This document shows, piece by piece, positions 8,962 through 18,364 of a stretch of DNA of 64,000 bases. Each line of letters opens with the position of its first letter. Position 1 is the first letter of the stretch. The notes under the pieces were generated by a model. The model was given only the letters and a program-made list of their open reading frames with translations, had not been told where the DNA came from and ran no database searches. The stretch spans positions 6,739 through 70,738 of the forward strand of contig PMYD01000085.1 of the NCBI GenBank assembly GCA_003171335.1. The letters run 5' to 3'. The DNA is from Phycisphaerales bacterium (GTDB lineage: Bacteria > Planctomycetota > Phycisphaerae > SM23-33 > FEN-1343). The position numbers and the translations under genes are program-made.

Positions 8962-9351
8962 TCATTCCTTCACCTTTGGCCGTCGCAATTGGATTTCCAG
9001 CACGACCACGGCGACCGCGAACGCGACGGCCCCGGCCACGTCGAAAACTTGCCAAGTATGTCTGTCCAAATGCACGGGGGCTAATGGGTTGAACAGAATG
9101 GCTATCACAACCATGCCCCATGTCCAAGTGACCCCCTGGACGAATCCCCGCCAGATCAACCCCGCCGACGCCGCGCACGTTACCCAGCGCAAGAGCGTGA
9201 AGTAGGAAAACCCGTCGGCATGGTGACGGCGCGTTGCATGGGCGGGATATTGTTGGGCGAGCGCGCCAAGCAAGACTCCGGCGGCGGCCAGCGCAAGGAC
9301 CATAGCGCCCAATCGAAGTATCGGTACTAGCTTCTTCTTTTCATTGTCCAT
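8962..9351 (-). CDS. Small integral membrane protein (DUF6804-like)
   Basis: MDNEKKKLVPILRLGAMVLALAAAGVLLGA...ILFNPLAPVHLDRHTWQVFDVAGAVAFAV, with four predicted hydrophobic helices. The tracked ORF extends to 9417, but that part only translates the tandem repeat. Confidence 0.6.
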   Translation of the reverse strand: MDNEKKKLVPILRLGAMVLALAAAGVLLGALAQQYPAHATRRHHADGFSYFTLLRWVTCAASAGLIWRGFVQGVTWTWGMVVIAILFNPLAPVHLDRHTWQVFDVAGAVAFAVAVVVLEIQLRRPKVKE

Positions 9352-9378
9352 TTTCAGCCGCCTTCTAACGTGCCATTT

Positions 9379-9495
9379 CAAAAACACGGGGACACCACAA
9401 AAACACGGGGACACCATACTTCAAAAACACGGAAAAACACGGGGGAAAAACACGGGGACACCAGGACAAAACACGGGGACACCATACTAGTTTCC
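9379..9495. repeat. Tandem AAAAACACGGGGACACC units ending in the dispersed core GGGGACACCATACT(A/G)GTTTCC
   Basis: About six partial or complete units. Two of them carry GGGGACACCATACT (around 9405-9422 and 9474-9495). The same core is present twice at 24053..24234. Confidence 0.85.
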
Positions 9496-9647
9496 ATTTC
9501 TTTCTTGGACGCCCCCTTTGCTGCAAGCCCATGCGGCCGTCCGCTCCCGCACAGCATGCAGCAAATCGAAGTATGAGTCAGGGCTTGAAAGACCGCAAGC
9601 ACTCTCCGCATTTCCATGATTTTTGTCGAACTGGCTGATTTTCCCCC

Positions 9648-9676
9648 TTGCGAGATTCCGGAACGCGCGTTATAGT
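9648..9676 (+). promoter_or_regulatory. Sigma70-like promoter upstream of the ParB-like gene
   Basis: TTGCGA (9648-9653), a 17-nt spacer, then TATAGT (9671-9676). Confidence 0.5.
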
Positions 9677-9849
9677 AACTGGATAGACATGGCGTGTGCC
9701 AGACTGTCAGGAGACATGCAGTAGAGAAGCATCAGTCGGCTATATGGTAAATAGTTCTATGGAAGGAGCTAATACGGGTACAACCGGCTCGGATGATTCA
9801 TGGTGGGTAGAAGGCCGAATCGGTACAAGAATTGGAGGCATAGGGACTT

Positions 9850-10851
9850 ATGTCTGATGGAAACCTTGAAGAATTGCCCCTGAAGCTGATTCGTATCGAT
9901 GGTGACACGCGGCCGCGGGTGGAGGTGTTGGAGCAGACAGTCGATGAGTATCGGCGGGATATGCTCAAAGGGCACAAGTTCCCGGCCATCAAGGTGGTAT
10001 TCGATGGGCACTGGTACTGGCTCTTTGATGGTTTTCACCGCTATCTGGCGGCCCGGCGGGCGCGGCTGGAGAAGATCAAGGCGCGGGTGTACAAGGGCCC
10101 GCGCCAAAAGGCCGTGTGGTGGTCGCTGTCGGTCAACCAGTTTCACGGCCTTCGCCGCAGCAACGATGATAAGGCCTACCTCATTGATCGCGCCATAAAG
10201 CTAAGGCCAGATAGGAGTAACCGCTTCATCGCCAAGCATCTTGGGGTCAGCGATAAGACGGTCATCCGCCGCCGGGGGGAGCTGGAATCAACTGCGGAAA
10301 TTCCGCAGTTGAAGCGGCTGCGCGGGCTTGATGGCCGCTGGCGGCCGGCCAGGTTCGCCCAGACCGGAATCCGGCGGATGCGGGAAGAATTCCTCCAGGC
10401 GCTGCGGAAGGAGAGCGGCTGGCGGCGAGAAGGCGCCGGCTACCAGCGCTGGGATGGCCGCTACGTGCCGGCCAAGCGGGAGCTGCCGTTCAATGACCTG
10501 GCCGGCCATCGCTTCAGCGAGCCGGGCCGCCAGCGGATGGAAGAGGTCTTCGACCGGCGCTGGGAGATCGACCGCATGATCCACATGGCGCTGCGGTTAC
10601 AGGATCGCGCGGTGATGTCTTTCGACCGGGAAAGCCCGCTTTACATCGGCTTTGACTTGCCCGGGTTTGACGCCCGGATGGATGCGGTCATCGGTCAGCT
10701 TCGCAGCTCCTGCCCGTACTCGATCTGCCTGCACTGCCAGGGCAGCGGTTGCGAGGCCTGCGGCGGCCGCGGCTGGTTGCCTCAGGAGCGGCCCGACCCG
10801 GAACTGCCGGCCTTGCCGGCGCCGGTGATGGCGCCGGTGGAGGTGGCGTAG
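9850..10851 (+). CDS. ParB/Srx N-terminal domain protein with central HTH and C-terminal DnaJ-type zinc finger
   Basis: [13 protein letters not shown]...[28 protein letters not shown] (ParB-like DGxHR box), [16 protein letters not shown] (HTH) and [17 protein letters not shown] (CxxCxGxGCxxCxGxG) at 10726-10776. Confidence 0.7.
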   Translation: MSDGNLEELPLKLIRIDGDTRPRVEVLEQTVDEYRRDMLKGHKFPAIKVVFDGHWYWLFDGFHRYLAARRARLEKIKARVYKGPRQKAVWWSLSVNQFHGLRRSNDDKAYLIDRAIKLRPDRSNRFIAKHLGVSDKTVIRRRGELESTAEIPQLKRLRGLDGRWRPARFAQTGIRRMREEFLQALRKESGWRREGAGYQRWDGRYVPAKRELPFNDLAGHRFSEPGRQRMEEVFDRRWEIDRMIHMALRLQDRAVMSFDRESPLYIGFDLPGFDARMDAVIGQLRSSCPYSICLHCQGSGCEACGGRGWLPQERPDPELPALPAPVMAPVEVA

Positions 10852-10951
10852 GCGAATTGCGAACAACGTCGAGAGTCTCCAGCCGGCCCGGCGGGAAATA
10901 GGGGCTGGGGATTCGCTTGCCGCGGGCCGTGCGTTTGGCCAGAATGCAACC

Positions 10952-12268
10952 ATGGTTGAGATTCTCCTGATTATCTTTGTCTTCGCCCTGGGCACCTGCA
11001 TCGGCAGCTTCTTGAACGTGGTGATCTATCGCATGCCGCGGGATGAGTCGATCGCCTGGCCGCCGAGCCATTGCCCCTCGTGCGGCCGCCACATCCGCTG
11101 GTATGACAACATCCCGATCCTTTCCTGGCTGGCGTTGCGCGGCCGGTGCCGGTACTGCAAGACATCGATCAGCGCGCAGTACATCATCGTGGAATTGGTG
11201 ACGGGTCTGCTGGTGGTGGGCCTGTACGCGGCGTATTTCATCGAGCGCGTGCGGGTGCTGGGGCTGGGCATCAATGACCGCGCGGGGCCGGCCCAACTGA
11301 ATATTCTGACCGCCTGGCCGATGTTCATCGCCCACGCGGCCCTGGTGTGCGGCCTCTTAGCCTGCGCGGTGGTGGACTGGCGGCATTACATCGTACCCCT
11401 GCCGGTGATGTGGACCGTGGCGCTGGTGGGTGTGGCGGCGGCGGCCTTCCGGCCGCACCCGTTCCTGGCGCAGGGGACGGCGGGCCAGGCGGCGGTGGCC
11501 GTGGCGGCGTGCGTGGGATTATTGATCAGTCTGTACGCCGTGCGCGCGGGGCTGCTGCGGCCGAGCTTCCTGGAAGTCCCCGACCGGCCGGTCGGGCTGG
11601 ATGAGGATGAGAGGCCCAGGAGCCAGCCGCGCCGGCGCGCGGGGGATCGGCCCAATCGCCTGCCCGAGGCGGATGGCCATGATCCCCAGGCTCGCCCCCA
11701 GCAGCGGCGGAAGGAGCAACGCCAGTCCGTCGGCGCCACCGCCGATGATGGAATCTCGCCGCGCCGGGAGGTGCTGCGCGAGGTGCTGTTCCTGCTGCCG
11801 GCGGCCGTGCTGGCGATGGCGGCGTGGGCGCTGCTGCATTACGTGCCGGCCGCCAACGCCTGGTGGTCCGGGTGGTTTGACCCCGCGCGGCATCCCGTTC
11901 TGGGGCCGCGCGTGGCGGCGGTGGGCGGCTCAGTGTTTGGCTTCCTCATCGGCGGGCTGTGGATCTGGGGCCTGCGCATTGTGGCCACGCTGGCCGCCGG
12001 CCGAGAGGCGATGGGCATGGGCGATGTGCATATTCTGGCCGGCGTCGGGGCGGTCGCCGGCTGGGTCGTGCCGTCGCTGGTGTTTTTCGCAGCGCCCGTC
12101 AGCGGCGTGGCCGTCGCCCTGTACCTGTTCCTGACACGCCGGCAGCGAGAGCTGCCCTATGGCCCGTGGCTGGCGATTGGCACGGTCCTGGTGCTGCTGC
12201 TGTACGATGTGCTGGTGCGATTTGTGGAGCCAGGCGCCACGGGGCTGGTGCGGCTGCTGAGCGGGTAG
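10952..12268 (+). CDS. pilD: Type IV prepilin peptidase (A24 family) with a long charged insertion
   Basis: [13 protein letters not shown]...[31 protein letters not shown] (Zn-binding N-terminal domain) and [13 protein letters not shown] (second catalytic Asp motif). At 438 aa it is much longer than usual, owing to an Arg/Pro/Gln-rich linker. Confidence 0.85.
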   Translation: MVEILLIIFVFALGTCIGSFLNVVIYRMPRDESIAWPPSHCPSCGRHIRWYDNIPILSWLALRGRCRYCKTSISAQYIIVELVTGLLVVGLYAAYFIERVRVLGLGINDRAGPAQLNILTAWPMFIAHAALVCGLLACAVVDWRHYIVPLPVMWTVALVGVAAAAFRPHPFLAQGTAGQAAVAVAACVGLLISLYAVRAGLLRPSFLEVPDRPVGLDEDERPRSQPRRRAGDRPNRLPEADGHDPQARPQQRRKEQRQSVGATADDGISPRREVLREVLFLLPAAVLAMAAWALLHYVPAANAWWSGWFDPARHPVLGPRVAAVGGSVFGFLIGGLWIWGLRIVATLAAGREAMGMGDVHILAGVGAVAGWVVPSLVFFAAPVSGVAVALYLFLTRRQRELPYGPWLAIGTVLVLLLYDVLVRFVEPGATGLVRLLSG

Positions 12269-12375
12269 AGCCTGATGGCCGGATGAAAGTTCTAGCAATT
12301 GGTTAATCGGTTAATTAGCTATTTGGGAAAGAGCAGCTTTATTTCGCATCAGGCTGTTCACATTGCGGGTGGGCC

Positions 12376-12657
12376 ATGAACAAGTTCAAGGCGATCATCT
12401 GTCTGGGCATTCCGGCGCTGCTGCTGGCAGCGGCGATGGTGCTGGTGCTGAGCAACCTGAGCGATGTGTGGGTTTTGCACCTGTATACGAAAGATGTGCA
12501 CGTGGCCCGCAGTGTGCTCATGCTCCTGATCGCCGCCGCCGGCATCATCCTGTGGCTGCTGTGCCTGTGGATGTTGCCGGTGGGGCGCAGGGCGTGGCGC
12601 GCGGCCAAGGCGGCCGATCTGGCCGCAAAGCCCCAGCCGCCGCCGGTGGCGAAATGA
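12376..12657 (+). CDS. Small two-helix membrane protein (hypothetical)
   Basis: MNKFKAIICLGIPALLLAAAMVLVL...LLIAAAGIILWLLCLWMLPVGRR. Codon bias is consistent with coding. Confidence 0.45.
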   Translation: MNKFKAIICLGIPALLLAAAMVLVLSNLSDVWVLHLYTKDVHVARSVLMLLIAAAGIILWLLCLWMLPVGRRAWRAAKAADLAAKPQPPPVAK

Positions 12658-12846
12658 AGCGGCGGAAGGCTTTGGGCTCGGTCGGAGAAAGCAAGATGCG
12701 GTCGATCGTCTTCCTGGCTGTTGCTCCCGCCTCCAGCCTCCAGCCTCTTTTCTTCAAAATCCCGTGCGTTTGCGGGCAGTGGCGGTATAATCCGCGGCAA
12801 ACCGGAGCGGAGTTCCGGAGACCAAAACGATGAGAAGGAGATCATC

Positions 12847-13569
12847 ATGAAGCGGGCGAAGTTGGCGGGTTTGGTGGTGGCGTTGCTGGCGACCAGCGTG
12901 ATGGCCGGCTGCAACATGGTGGAAAAGAAGAAGTACGACACGCTGGAGTCCAAGTATCACGAGCAGGAGAACCTGAACAAGGATCTGACGGCCAAGCTGG
13001 CCGCGGCCGAGGCGGGCCAGGCGGATTTGCAGAATGGCGCCACGGCCGCCCAGCAGCGGGCGATGGCCGCCGAGGCGGAATCGGCCCGGCTGCGGAATGA
13101 GTTGGCCAATCAGCAGGTGGCCCAGGCCAAGGCCACGGAGCCGACGGCGGCAGCCGCCGCACACGGCAAGACCAAGACCGCGACCCATGCGGCCGAAAGA
13201 ACCGTCCCCGGTTCGGAGTTCGTCCTGTCCGGCGAAATGCTGACCGGGTCGAGCAAGATTTCGCTCACGGCGGCCGGCAAGAAGCGCCTGGCGGAAGTCG
13301 CCAAGGCGATCAAGAACCAGTACGCCGGGCACACGGTGCGCGTGTGCGGCAATACCGACGGCGACCCGATCCACAAGAGCCACTGGCAGGATAACCTGGA
13401 GTTGTCGTGCGAGCGGGCGTTGGTGGTGGCGCGCGAGCTGGCGGAGGCGGGCGTCCCGGCCAAGAATATCGAGGTCGTCGGCCTGGGCCAGTATCACCCG
13501 GTGGCCGAGAACAGCAGTGCGGCCGGCAAGACCAAGAACCGCCGCGTGGTCATTGAGATTATGAAGTGA
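12847..13569 (+). CDS. OmpA/MotB C-terminal domain lipoprotein with coiled-coil linker
   Basis: MKRAKLAGLVVALLATSVMAGCN (lipobox) with GAGAAGGAG upstream. The C-terminus is GNTDGDPI...NLELSCERALVVARELAEAGV...NRRVVIEI, an OmpA-like peptidoglycan-binding motif. A perfect TATAAT is at 12786-12791. Confidence 0.85.
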   Translation: MKRAKLAGLVVALLATSVMAGCNMVEKKKYDTLESKYHEQENLNKDLTAKLAAAEAGQADLQNGATAAQQRAMAAEAESARLRNELANQQVAQAKATEPTAAAAAHGKTKTATHAAERTVPGSEFVLSGEMLTGSSKISLTAAGKKRLAEVAKAIKNQYAGHTVRVCGNTDGDPIHKSHWQDNLELSCERALVVARELAEAGVPAKNIEVVGLGQYHPVAENSSAAGKTKNRRVVIEIMK

Positions 13570-13613
13570 CGGATTCTCCGTAAGGCGGCCGCAGCCACGC
13601 GGCCGGTTGAACC

Positions 13614-14237
13614 ATGATTTCGATTGTTGATTACGGCATGGGCAACCTGGGCAGCGTGGCCAAGGCCGTCGAGAAGGTCGGCGGCGAGGCCCGGATTATC
13701 CGCACGCCCCAAGAAGTGCTGGCGGCCGACAGGCTGATCCTGCCGGGCGTCGGTGCGTTCGCCGATGCCATGGCCAACCTGGCCCGGCAGGAGCTGATCG
13801 AGCCGATCAAGCAGTTCGTCCAGCGCGATCGGCCGTTCCTGGGCATTTGCCTGGGGCTGCAACTGCTGTTTGAGGTCGGCTACGAGGATGGCGAGCATCG
13901 CGGGCTGGAGATCCTCGAGGGCGAGGTTCGCCGCTTCGACTTTGCCCGCGTTCCGGAGGCGGCGGACCTGGCCGTGCCGCACATGGGCTGGAACGCCCTG
14001 AGCTGGGAGCGGCCCTGTCCGCTGCTGGCGGGGCTGGAGAAGCCCAGCTTCGTGTACTTCGTGCACAGCTACCACGTGGTGCCGCGCGACAGCGGCGTGG
14101 TGCTGACGCAGACAATGTACGGCTATCCGTTCGTCTCGAGCATATGGCGCGGCAACCTGATGGCCACACAGTTCCACCCGGAGAAAAGCCAGGCCGTCGG
14201 GCTGAAGATGGTGGCCAATTTTGTGGGTCTCATGTGA
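13614..14237 (+). CDS. hisH: Imidazole glycerol phosphate synthase, glutamine amidotransferase subunit
   Basis: MISIVDYGMGNLGSVAKA...LPGVGAF...GICLGLQLL...HSY...ATQFHPEKS. Confidence 0.95.
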   Translation: MISIVDYGMGNLGSVAKAVEKVGGEARIIRTPQEVLAADRLILPGVGAFADAMANLARQELIEPIKQFVQRDRPFLGICLGLQLLFEVGYEDGEHRGLEILEGEVRRFDFARVPEAADLAVPHMGWNALSWERPCPLLAGLEKPSFVYFVHSYHVVPRDSGVVLTQTMYGYPFVSSIWRGNLMATQFHPEKSQAVGLKMVANFVGLM

Positions 14238-14265
14238 CCTGCGGCGGCGAGCGACCCGTTTCTAC

Positions 14266-15000
14266 ATGGACATTTTTCCTGCTATCGATCTTTGTGCCGG
14301 CAAGGTGGTCCGCCTGATCCAGGGCGACTACACGCGGCAAACCACGTACTCCGAGCGCCCCGCGGAGACGGCCGAGGTTTTTGCGCGGGCCGGCTGCCGC
14401 TGGCTGCATGTCGTGGATCTGGACGCCGCCAAGAGCGGCCGGTCGGAGAATCTCGACATCGTGGCGGAAATCGCCCGCCGGGTGGACCTTCGCATCGAGC
14501 TGGGCGGCGGCATTCGCAACGATGCCGCGGTGCAGGCGGCCCTGGAGGCCGGGGTCACGCGCGTCATCATCGGCTCGGCGGCCCTGAGCCACTGGGACTG
14601 GTTTGAAAGCTTGGCCCAGCGGGCGGACTTGGCCGGCAAAGTGGCCCTTTCCCTGGATGCCCGTGCCGGCCGCCTGGCGGTGCACGGGTGGACGCGGGAG
14701 TCGTCCCTGTCGGTGATCGATGTGGCCAAACGGGCCAAAGGCATGCCGCTGGCGGCGATTATCTACACCGATATTCACCGCGACGGCATGCTCACCGGCC
14801 CGAACTTCCACAGCACGGCCGAGTTGATCACCGCCACCGACGTGCCGATCATCGCCTCGGGCGGCGTGTCGGGCCTGGAGGATGTCCGCCACTGCCGGCA
14901 GATCGGCTGCGGCGGGGTGATCATTGGCAAGGCGTATTACGAGGGCCGACTGGATCTGGCCGAGGCGATCAAGGCGGCCCAGGAGCCGACCGCTGCGTGA
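14266..15000 (+). CDS. hisA: 1-(5-phosphoribosyl)-5-[(5-phosphoribosylamino)methylideneamino]imidazole-4-carboxamide isomerase
   Basis: MDIFPAIDLCAGKVVRLIQGDY...HVVDLDAA...GGGIR...IYTDIHRDGMLTGPN...ASGGVS. I took the start at ATG 14266, not the tracked 14221. Confidence 0.95.
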   Translation: MDIFPAIDLCAGKVVRLIQGDYTRQTTYSERPAETAEVFARAGCRWLHVVDLDAAKSGRSENLDIVAEIARRVDLRIELGGGIRNDAAVQAALEAGVTRVIIGSAALSHWDWFESLAQRADLAGKVALSLDARAGRLAVHGWTRESSLSVIDVAKRAKGMPLAAIIYTDIHRDGMLTGPNFHSTAELITATDVPIIASGGVSGLEDVRHCRQIGCGGVIIGKAYYEGRLDLAEAIKAAQEPTAA

Positions 15001-15076
15001 TGGCCCCGTTAATCGTCCCGTGACCGTCACAACGTTCCGCGACTGCCACAACATCTTGAAAAAAAGCTTCTTGCGG

Positions 15077-15105
15077 GTTGACTTCCGTGTCGGCGTCGGG
15101 TATAG
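15077..15105 (+). promoter_or_regulatory. Sigma70-like promoter giving a ~310-nt rho leader
   Basis: TTGACT (15077-15082), a 17-nt spacer, then TATAGG (15100-15105). Confidence 0.5.
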
Positions 15106-15424
15106 GGCTGTATATCGGCGCTTGGTTTTGCCGATCTCTGCCCCTGGCGAATCGCCAGCCAGGTGGCGCCGGCCGTCAAAAGTCTCCTGGACGGCTGGGT
15201 TTCAGCCAGCGGTTTTTGGCACGTTGGCGCCATCGGGGCACCGACAGTTTTCCCTGGGAGAGGCCAAGACGAAAAACGTCTACCCTGTGTTTGTTGGACA
15301 TCAAGAGCGGCGTAAAATACTAGTGCTTAGGAGGGGTGTACGTCTCGAGTCCATTTAAAGGACGGACCATCGGCAGGAAGCCGATTGGGTCTACACACCT
15401 TTTTCGAGCGATGGCGCCATTGTT

Positions 15425-16591
15425 ATGAGTAACGAAATGAGCGAAGAACCGAGTGTCACGGAAGAGACCTCCGACCAGCAAGAGATTGCCTCCGGCATCC
15501 TGGAAATCACCCCGAAGGGGTACGGTTTCCTTCGCCAGGAGAAGAATAAGTTCCGAGCCACGCCGGGCGACGTGTTTGTGGGCAAGGACTTCATCGGCGG
15601 CGAGCGGCTGCGCCAGGGCCTGTTTATCGAGGCCAAGGTGGGCTCGCCCACGCGCCGCAAGGGCGGCCCGCGCATCGAGGCGGTCGTCCGCATCAACGGC
15701 CGGCCGGCGGGGGACTACCTGGATGTGACGCCCTTCAGCGATCTGCTGGTGGTCGACCCGCAGCCGCACGTGCGGCTCGAAACGGCCGGCGGCCCGCTGG
15801 AGATGCGTATCCTGGACCTGATTTGCCCGGTCGGCCGCGGCCAGCGCGGGCTCATCGTGGCCCCGCCCCGCAGCGGCAAGACCGTGCTGCTGCAGCAGAT
15901 TGCCGCCGCCGTGGCCGCCAACGCGCCCGATGCACACCTGATTGTGCTGCTGGTCGATGAGCGGCCCGAGGAGCTGACCGACTTTCGGCGCAAGACCAAG
16001 GGCGAGGTGGTCGCCTCGACCAACGACCAGGACGTCGCCAGCCACATTCGGGCCGCCGAGTTCACCATCGAGCGCGCCAAGCGCATGGTGGAGTTCGGCG
16101 ATGACGTGATCATCCTGCTGGACAGCCTGACGCGCCTGGGCCGCGCCTACAACCGCGCCATCGAAGGCAGCGGCCGCACCATGACCGGCGGCGTCGACAT
16201 CCGCGCCCTGGAAATTCCCAAGCGCCAGTTCGGCGCAGCGCGCAAGATCGAAGGCGGCGGCTCGCTCACCATCCTGGGCACGATCCTGGTCGAGACCGGC
16301 AGCCGCATGGACGACCTGATCTTCGAGGAGTTCAAGGGCACCGGCAACATGGAACTGGTGCTGGACCGCAAGTTCGCGGAGAAGCGCATCTGGCCGGCGA
16401 TCGACATCAGCCGGTCGGGCACGCGCAAGGAAGAGCTGCTGATCGAGCCGTGGAAGCTGGAAAAGCTGCACATGATGCGGCGCTACCTCGGCCAGATGAG
16501 CGTCGATGACGAACTGCCGCAACTGATCAAGACCGTCTCGCGTTTCAAGACCAACGAGGAATTCCTCAAGTACCTCAACGTCAATCAGTAG
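15425..16591 (+). CDS. rho: Transcription termination factor Rho
   Basis: [15 protein letters not shown] (RNA-binding domain), [15 protein letters not shown] (Walker A), LLVDERPEE and [14 protein letters not shown]. Confidence 0.97.
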   Translation: MSNEMSEEPSVTEETSDQQEIASGILEITPKGYGFLRQEKNKFRATPGDVFVGKDFIGGERLRQGLFIEAKVGSPTRRKGGPRIEAVVRINGRPAGDYLDVTPFSDLLVVDPQPHVRLETAGGPLEMRILDLICPVGRGQRGLIVAPPRSGKTVLLQQIAAAVAANAPDAHLIVLLVDERPEELTDFRRKTKGEVVASTNDQDVASHIRAAEFTIERAKRMVEFGDDVIILLDSLTRLGRAYNRAIEGSGRTMTGGVDIRALEIPKRQFGAARKIEGGGSLTILGTILVETGSRMDDLIFEEFKGTGNMELVLDRKFAEKRIWPAIDISRSGTRKEELLIEPWKLEKLHMMRRYLGQMSVDDELPQLIKTVSRFKTNEEFLKYLNVNQ

Positions 16592-16628
16592 CCGGGCGGA
16601 GGCCCGGCGAGCTGGTGAGGGCACAGGG

Positions 16629-17603
16629 ATGGCCAACGGACGGCTGGCAATGGGCGTCGACCTGGGCGCCACGAAGGTGCTGCTGGGACTGGTGGATGAG
16701 CGCGGCAACGTGGTGGCTCGCCGCAAGCGCAAGACGCAGGCCGACGAAGGGGCTAGCGCGGTTATCGAGCGCGTGGTCGAATCAGCTCGCGACCTGCTGA
16801 AGGAGGCGGGCGATTCGAAGGTGCGTGCTGCCGGCGTGGGGTTTGCCGGGCCGGTCGATTTCAAGCGGGGCGTGGTCATCACCGCCGGCAACATGCCCTG
16901 GCACGATGTGCCGCTGGGCAAGATCCTGGCCGACCGGCTCAAGCTCTCCACCGTGGTCATCGACAACGACACCAACGCCGGCACGTACGGCGAGTGGCGG
17001 CGGGGCGCGGCGACCGGGCGCAGCGATTTCATGGGCGTGTTTGTCGGCACGGGTATCGGCGCCGGGCTGGTGCTGGATGGCCGCATGTATCGCGGGCAGC
17101 AGCATACGGCCGGGGAAATCGGCCATACGATCATCAACGCCGGCGGGGGTCTGGCGCGGCGCAGCATGGAAGACCTGGCCAGCCGCACGGCCATGGGGAT
17201 CACGCTGGCGCGGCGGATCCGCACGAATCATCCTTCCAGCGCGGCCGACCTGAGCGAGAGCGGCGACCTGTTCCTCCGCATCCGCTCCAAGGCGTTGTCG
17301 CAGGCGTACCAGGCGGGCGATGCGGAGGTTGTCGCCATCGTGCAGGAATCAGCGCGCTATATCGGCACGGCCATCGGCAATGTCGTGACGATGCTCAGCC
17401 TGCCCCTGGTGGTGCTGGGCGGCGGCGTGACCGAGGCCTTGGGCAAGCCCTTCGTCGAGCTGGTGCGCCAGCACGTTCGAACGGAGCTTTTCCCGCCGGA
17501 GCTGATGGTCGATGTGATCGCCGCCAAGCTGGGCGATGATGCCACGATGGTCGGCGCTGCCGCCATGGCGCACGAGGCGGTCGAGGGGAAAGGAAAAGAT
17601 TAG
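16629..17603 (+). CDS. ROK family sugar kinase (glucokinase-like)
   Basis: GVDLGATKVLLGLVD...NDTNAGTYGE...GTGIGAGLVLDGRMYRG..HTAGEIGH...VLGGGV. Confidence 0.85.
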   Translation: MANGRLAMGVDLGATKVLLGLVDERGNVVARRKRKTQADEGASAVIERVVESARDLLKEAGDSKVRAAGVGFAGPVDFKRGVVITAGNMPWHDVPLGKILADRLKLSTVVIDNDTNAGTYGEWRRGAATGRSDFMGVFVGTGIGAGLVLDGRMYRGQQHTAGEIGHTIINAGGGLARRSMEDLASRTAMGITLARRIRTNHPSSAADLSESGDLFLRIRSKALSQAYQAGDAEVVAIVQESARYIGTAIGNVVTMLSLPLVVLGGGVTEALGKPFVELVRQHVRTELFPPELMVDVIAAKLGDDATMVGAAAMAHEAVEGKGKD

Positions 17604-17687
17604 CCTCAGACGTCTTTCAAGCGATGGCAGCGGCTCTTTCGGCAGCATTTTCCTCCGCCCATTGACTCCATGACCGCGTTTTGCCCG

Positions 17688-17720
17688 AAAAAAAAGCCCC
17701 GGCATTGCCGGAGCTCTTTT
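17688..17720. terminator. Bidirectional intrinsic terminator between the glucokinase gene and tRNA-Glu
   Basis: An A8 tract, then hairpin gccccggc-att-gccggagc (17696-17714), then tcttttc. On the minus strand the hairpin is followed by T8, immediately 3' of the tRNA. Confidence 0.7.
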
Positions 17721-17723
17721 CAC

Positions 17724-17796
17724 TACCCCCAAGGGGACTCGAACCCCTGTCTCCAGGATGAGAACCTGATATCCTAGACCGCTAGACGATGGGGGC
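17724..17796 (-). tRNA. tRNA-Glu (anticodon CUC)
   Basis: The reverse complement is GCCCCCATCGTCTAGCGGTCTAGGATATCAGGTTCTCATCCTGGAGACAGGGGTTCGAGTCCCCTTGGGGGTA. It folds by hand into a cloverleaf: acceptor GCCCCCA/TGGGGGT, anticodon stem TCAGG/CCTGG with loop TTCTCAT, T-arm AGGGG-TTCGAGT-CCCCT. CCA is not encoded. Confidence 0.9.
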
Positions 17797-17952
17797 GTCT
17801 GGCCAAATTGTCCCGTCCATGCCTGGGCAATCAACCGCTGGCATTGCGACTAACCTCAAATGCTAATTGCCGATCTTGCCGCGGTCAAGGGCTTTTCCTG
17901 CCGCGTCAACGGCGGTGAGCGACATTTGTTTCTGGCGACATATAAGTTGTTG

Positions 17953-18133
17953 CTGTGTAACAGGCCCTGGCTTCAGCCGGGGTACAAGGTTGCCCCAAAT
18001 ACCAGCCCGCTTTAGCGGGCGCAGAATTTACGCGCTGGGCTGTGGCTGAAGCCAAAACACCAAGCCCGTTAAAACGGGCTGGAAAATCAATTGCGGCTCG
18101 ATTACCCCGGCTGAAGCCGGGGCCTGTTACACG
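17953..18133. repeat. Highly structured inverted-repeat element (30-bp arms enclosing three small hairpins)
   Basis: tgtgtaacaggccctggcttcagccggggta (17953-17983) faces taccccggctgaagccggggcctgttacacg (18103-18133). Between them are gcccgc-ttta-gcgggc, tggc-tgaa-gcca and agcccgtt-aa-aacgggct. Confidence 0.8.
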
Positions 18134-18195
18134 ACAAAACAGGCCTGCCAGAAGGTATGGTCGCTCACAACGTCAAATTCTGGACAGATTTCCCC

Positions 18196-18224
18196 TTGAC
18201 GCAATCTGCAGTGTCGAATACATT
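18196..18224 (+). promoter_or_regulatory. Sigma70-like promoter for the PEP-CTERM gene
   Basis: TTGACG (18196-18201), a 17-nt spacer, then TACATT (18219-18224). Confidence 0.5.
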
Positions 18225-18364
18225 GTGGGCGCTCTTCGTGTTCTGGATTTGGGGCGAATTTCGTTTTCTCGCTCTCTAGTGTGCGTTCGTGCTCGGAGCG
18301 CCACATTGGTATGGTGCCTGTCATCTCGCGACCTTCACGGCATCAAGAACGGAGGAATCAGTCC

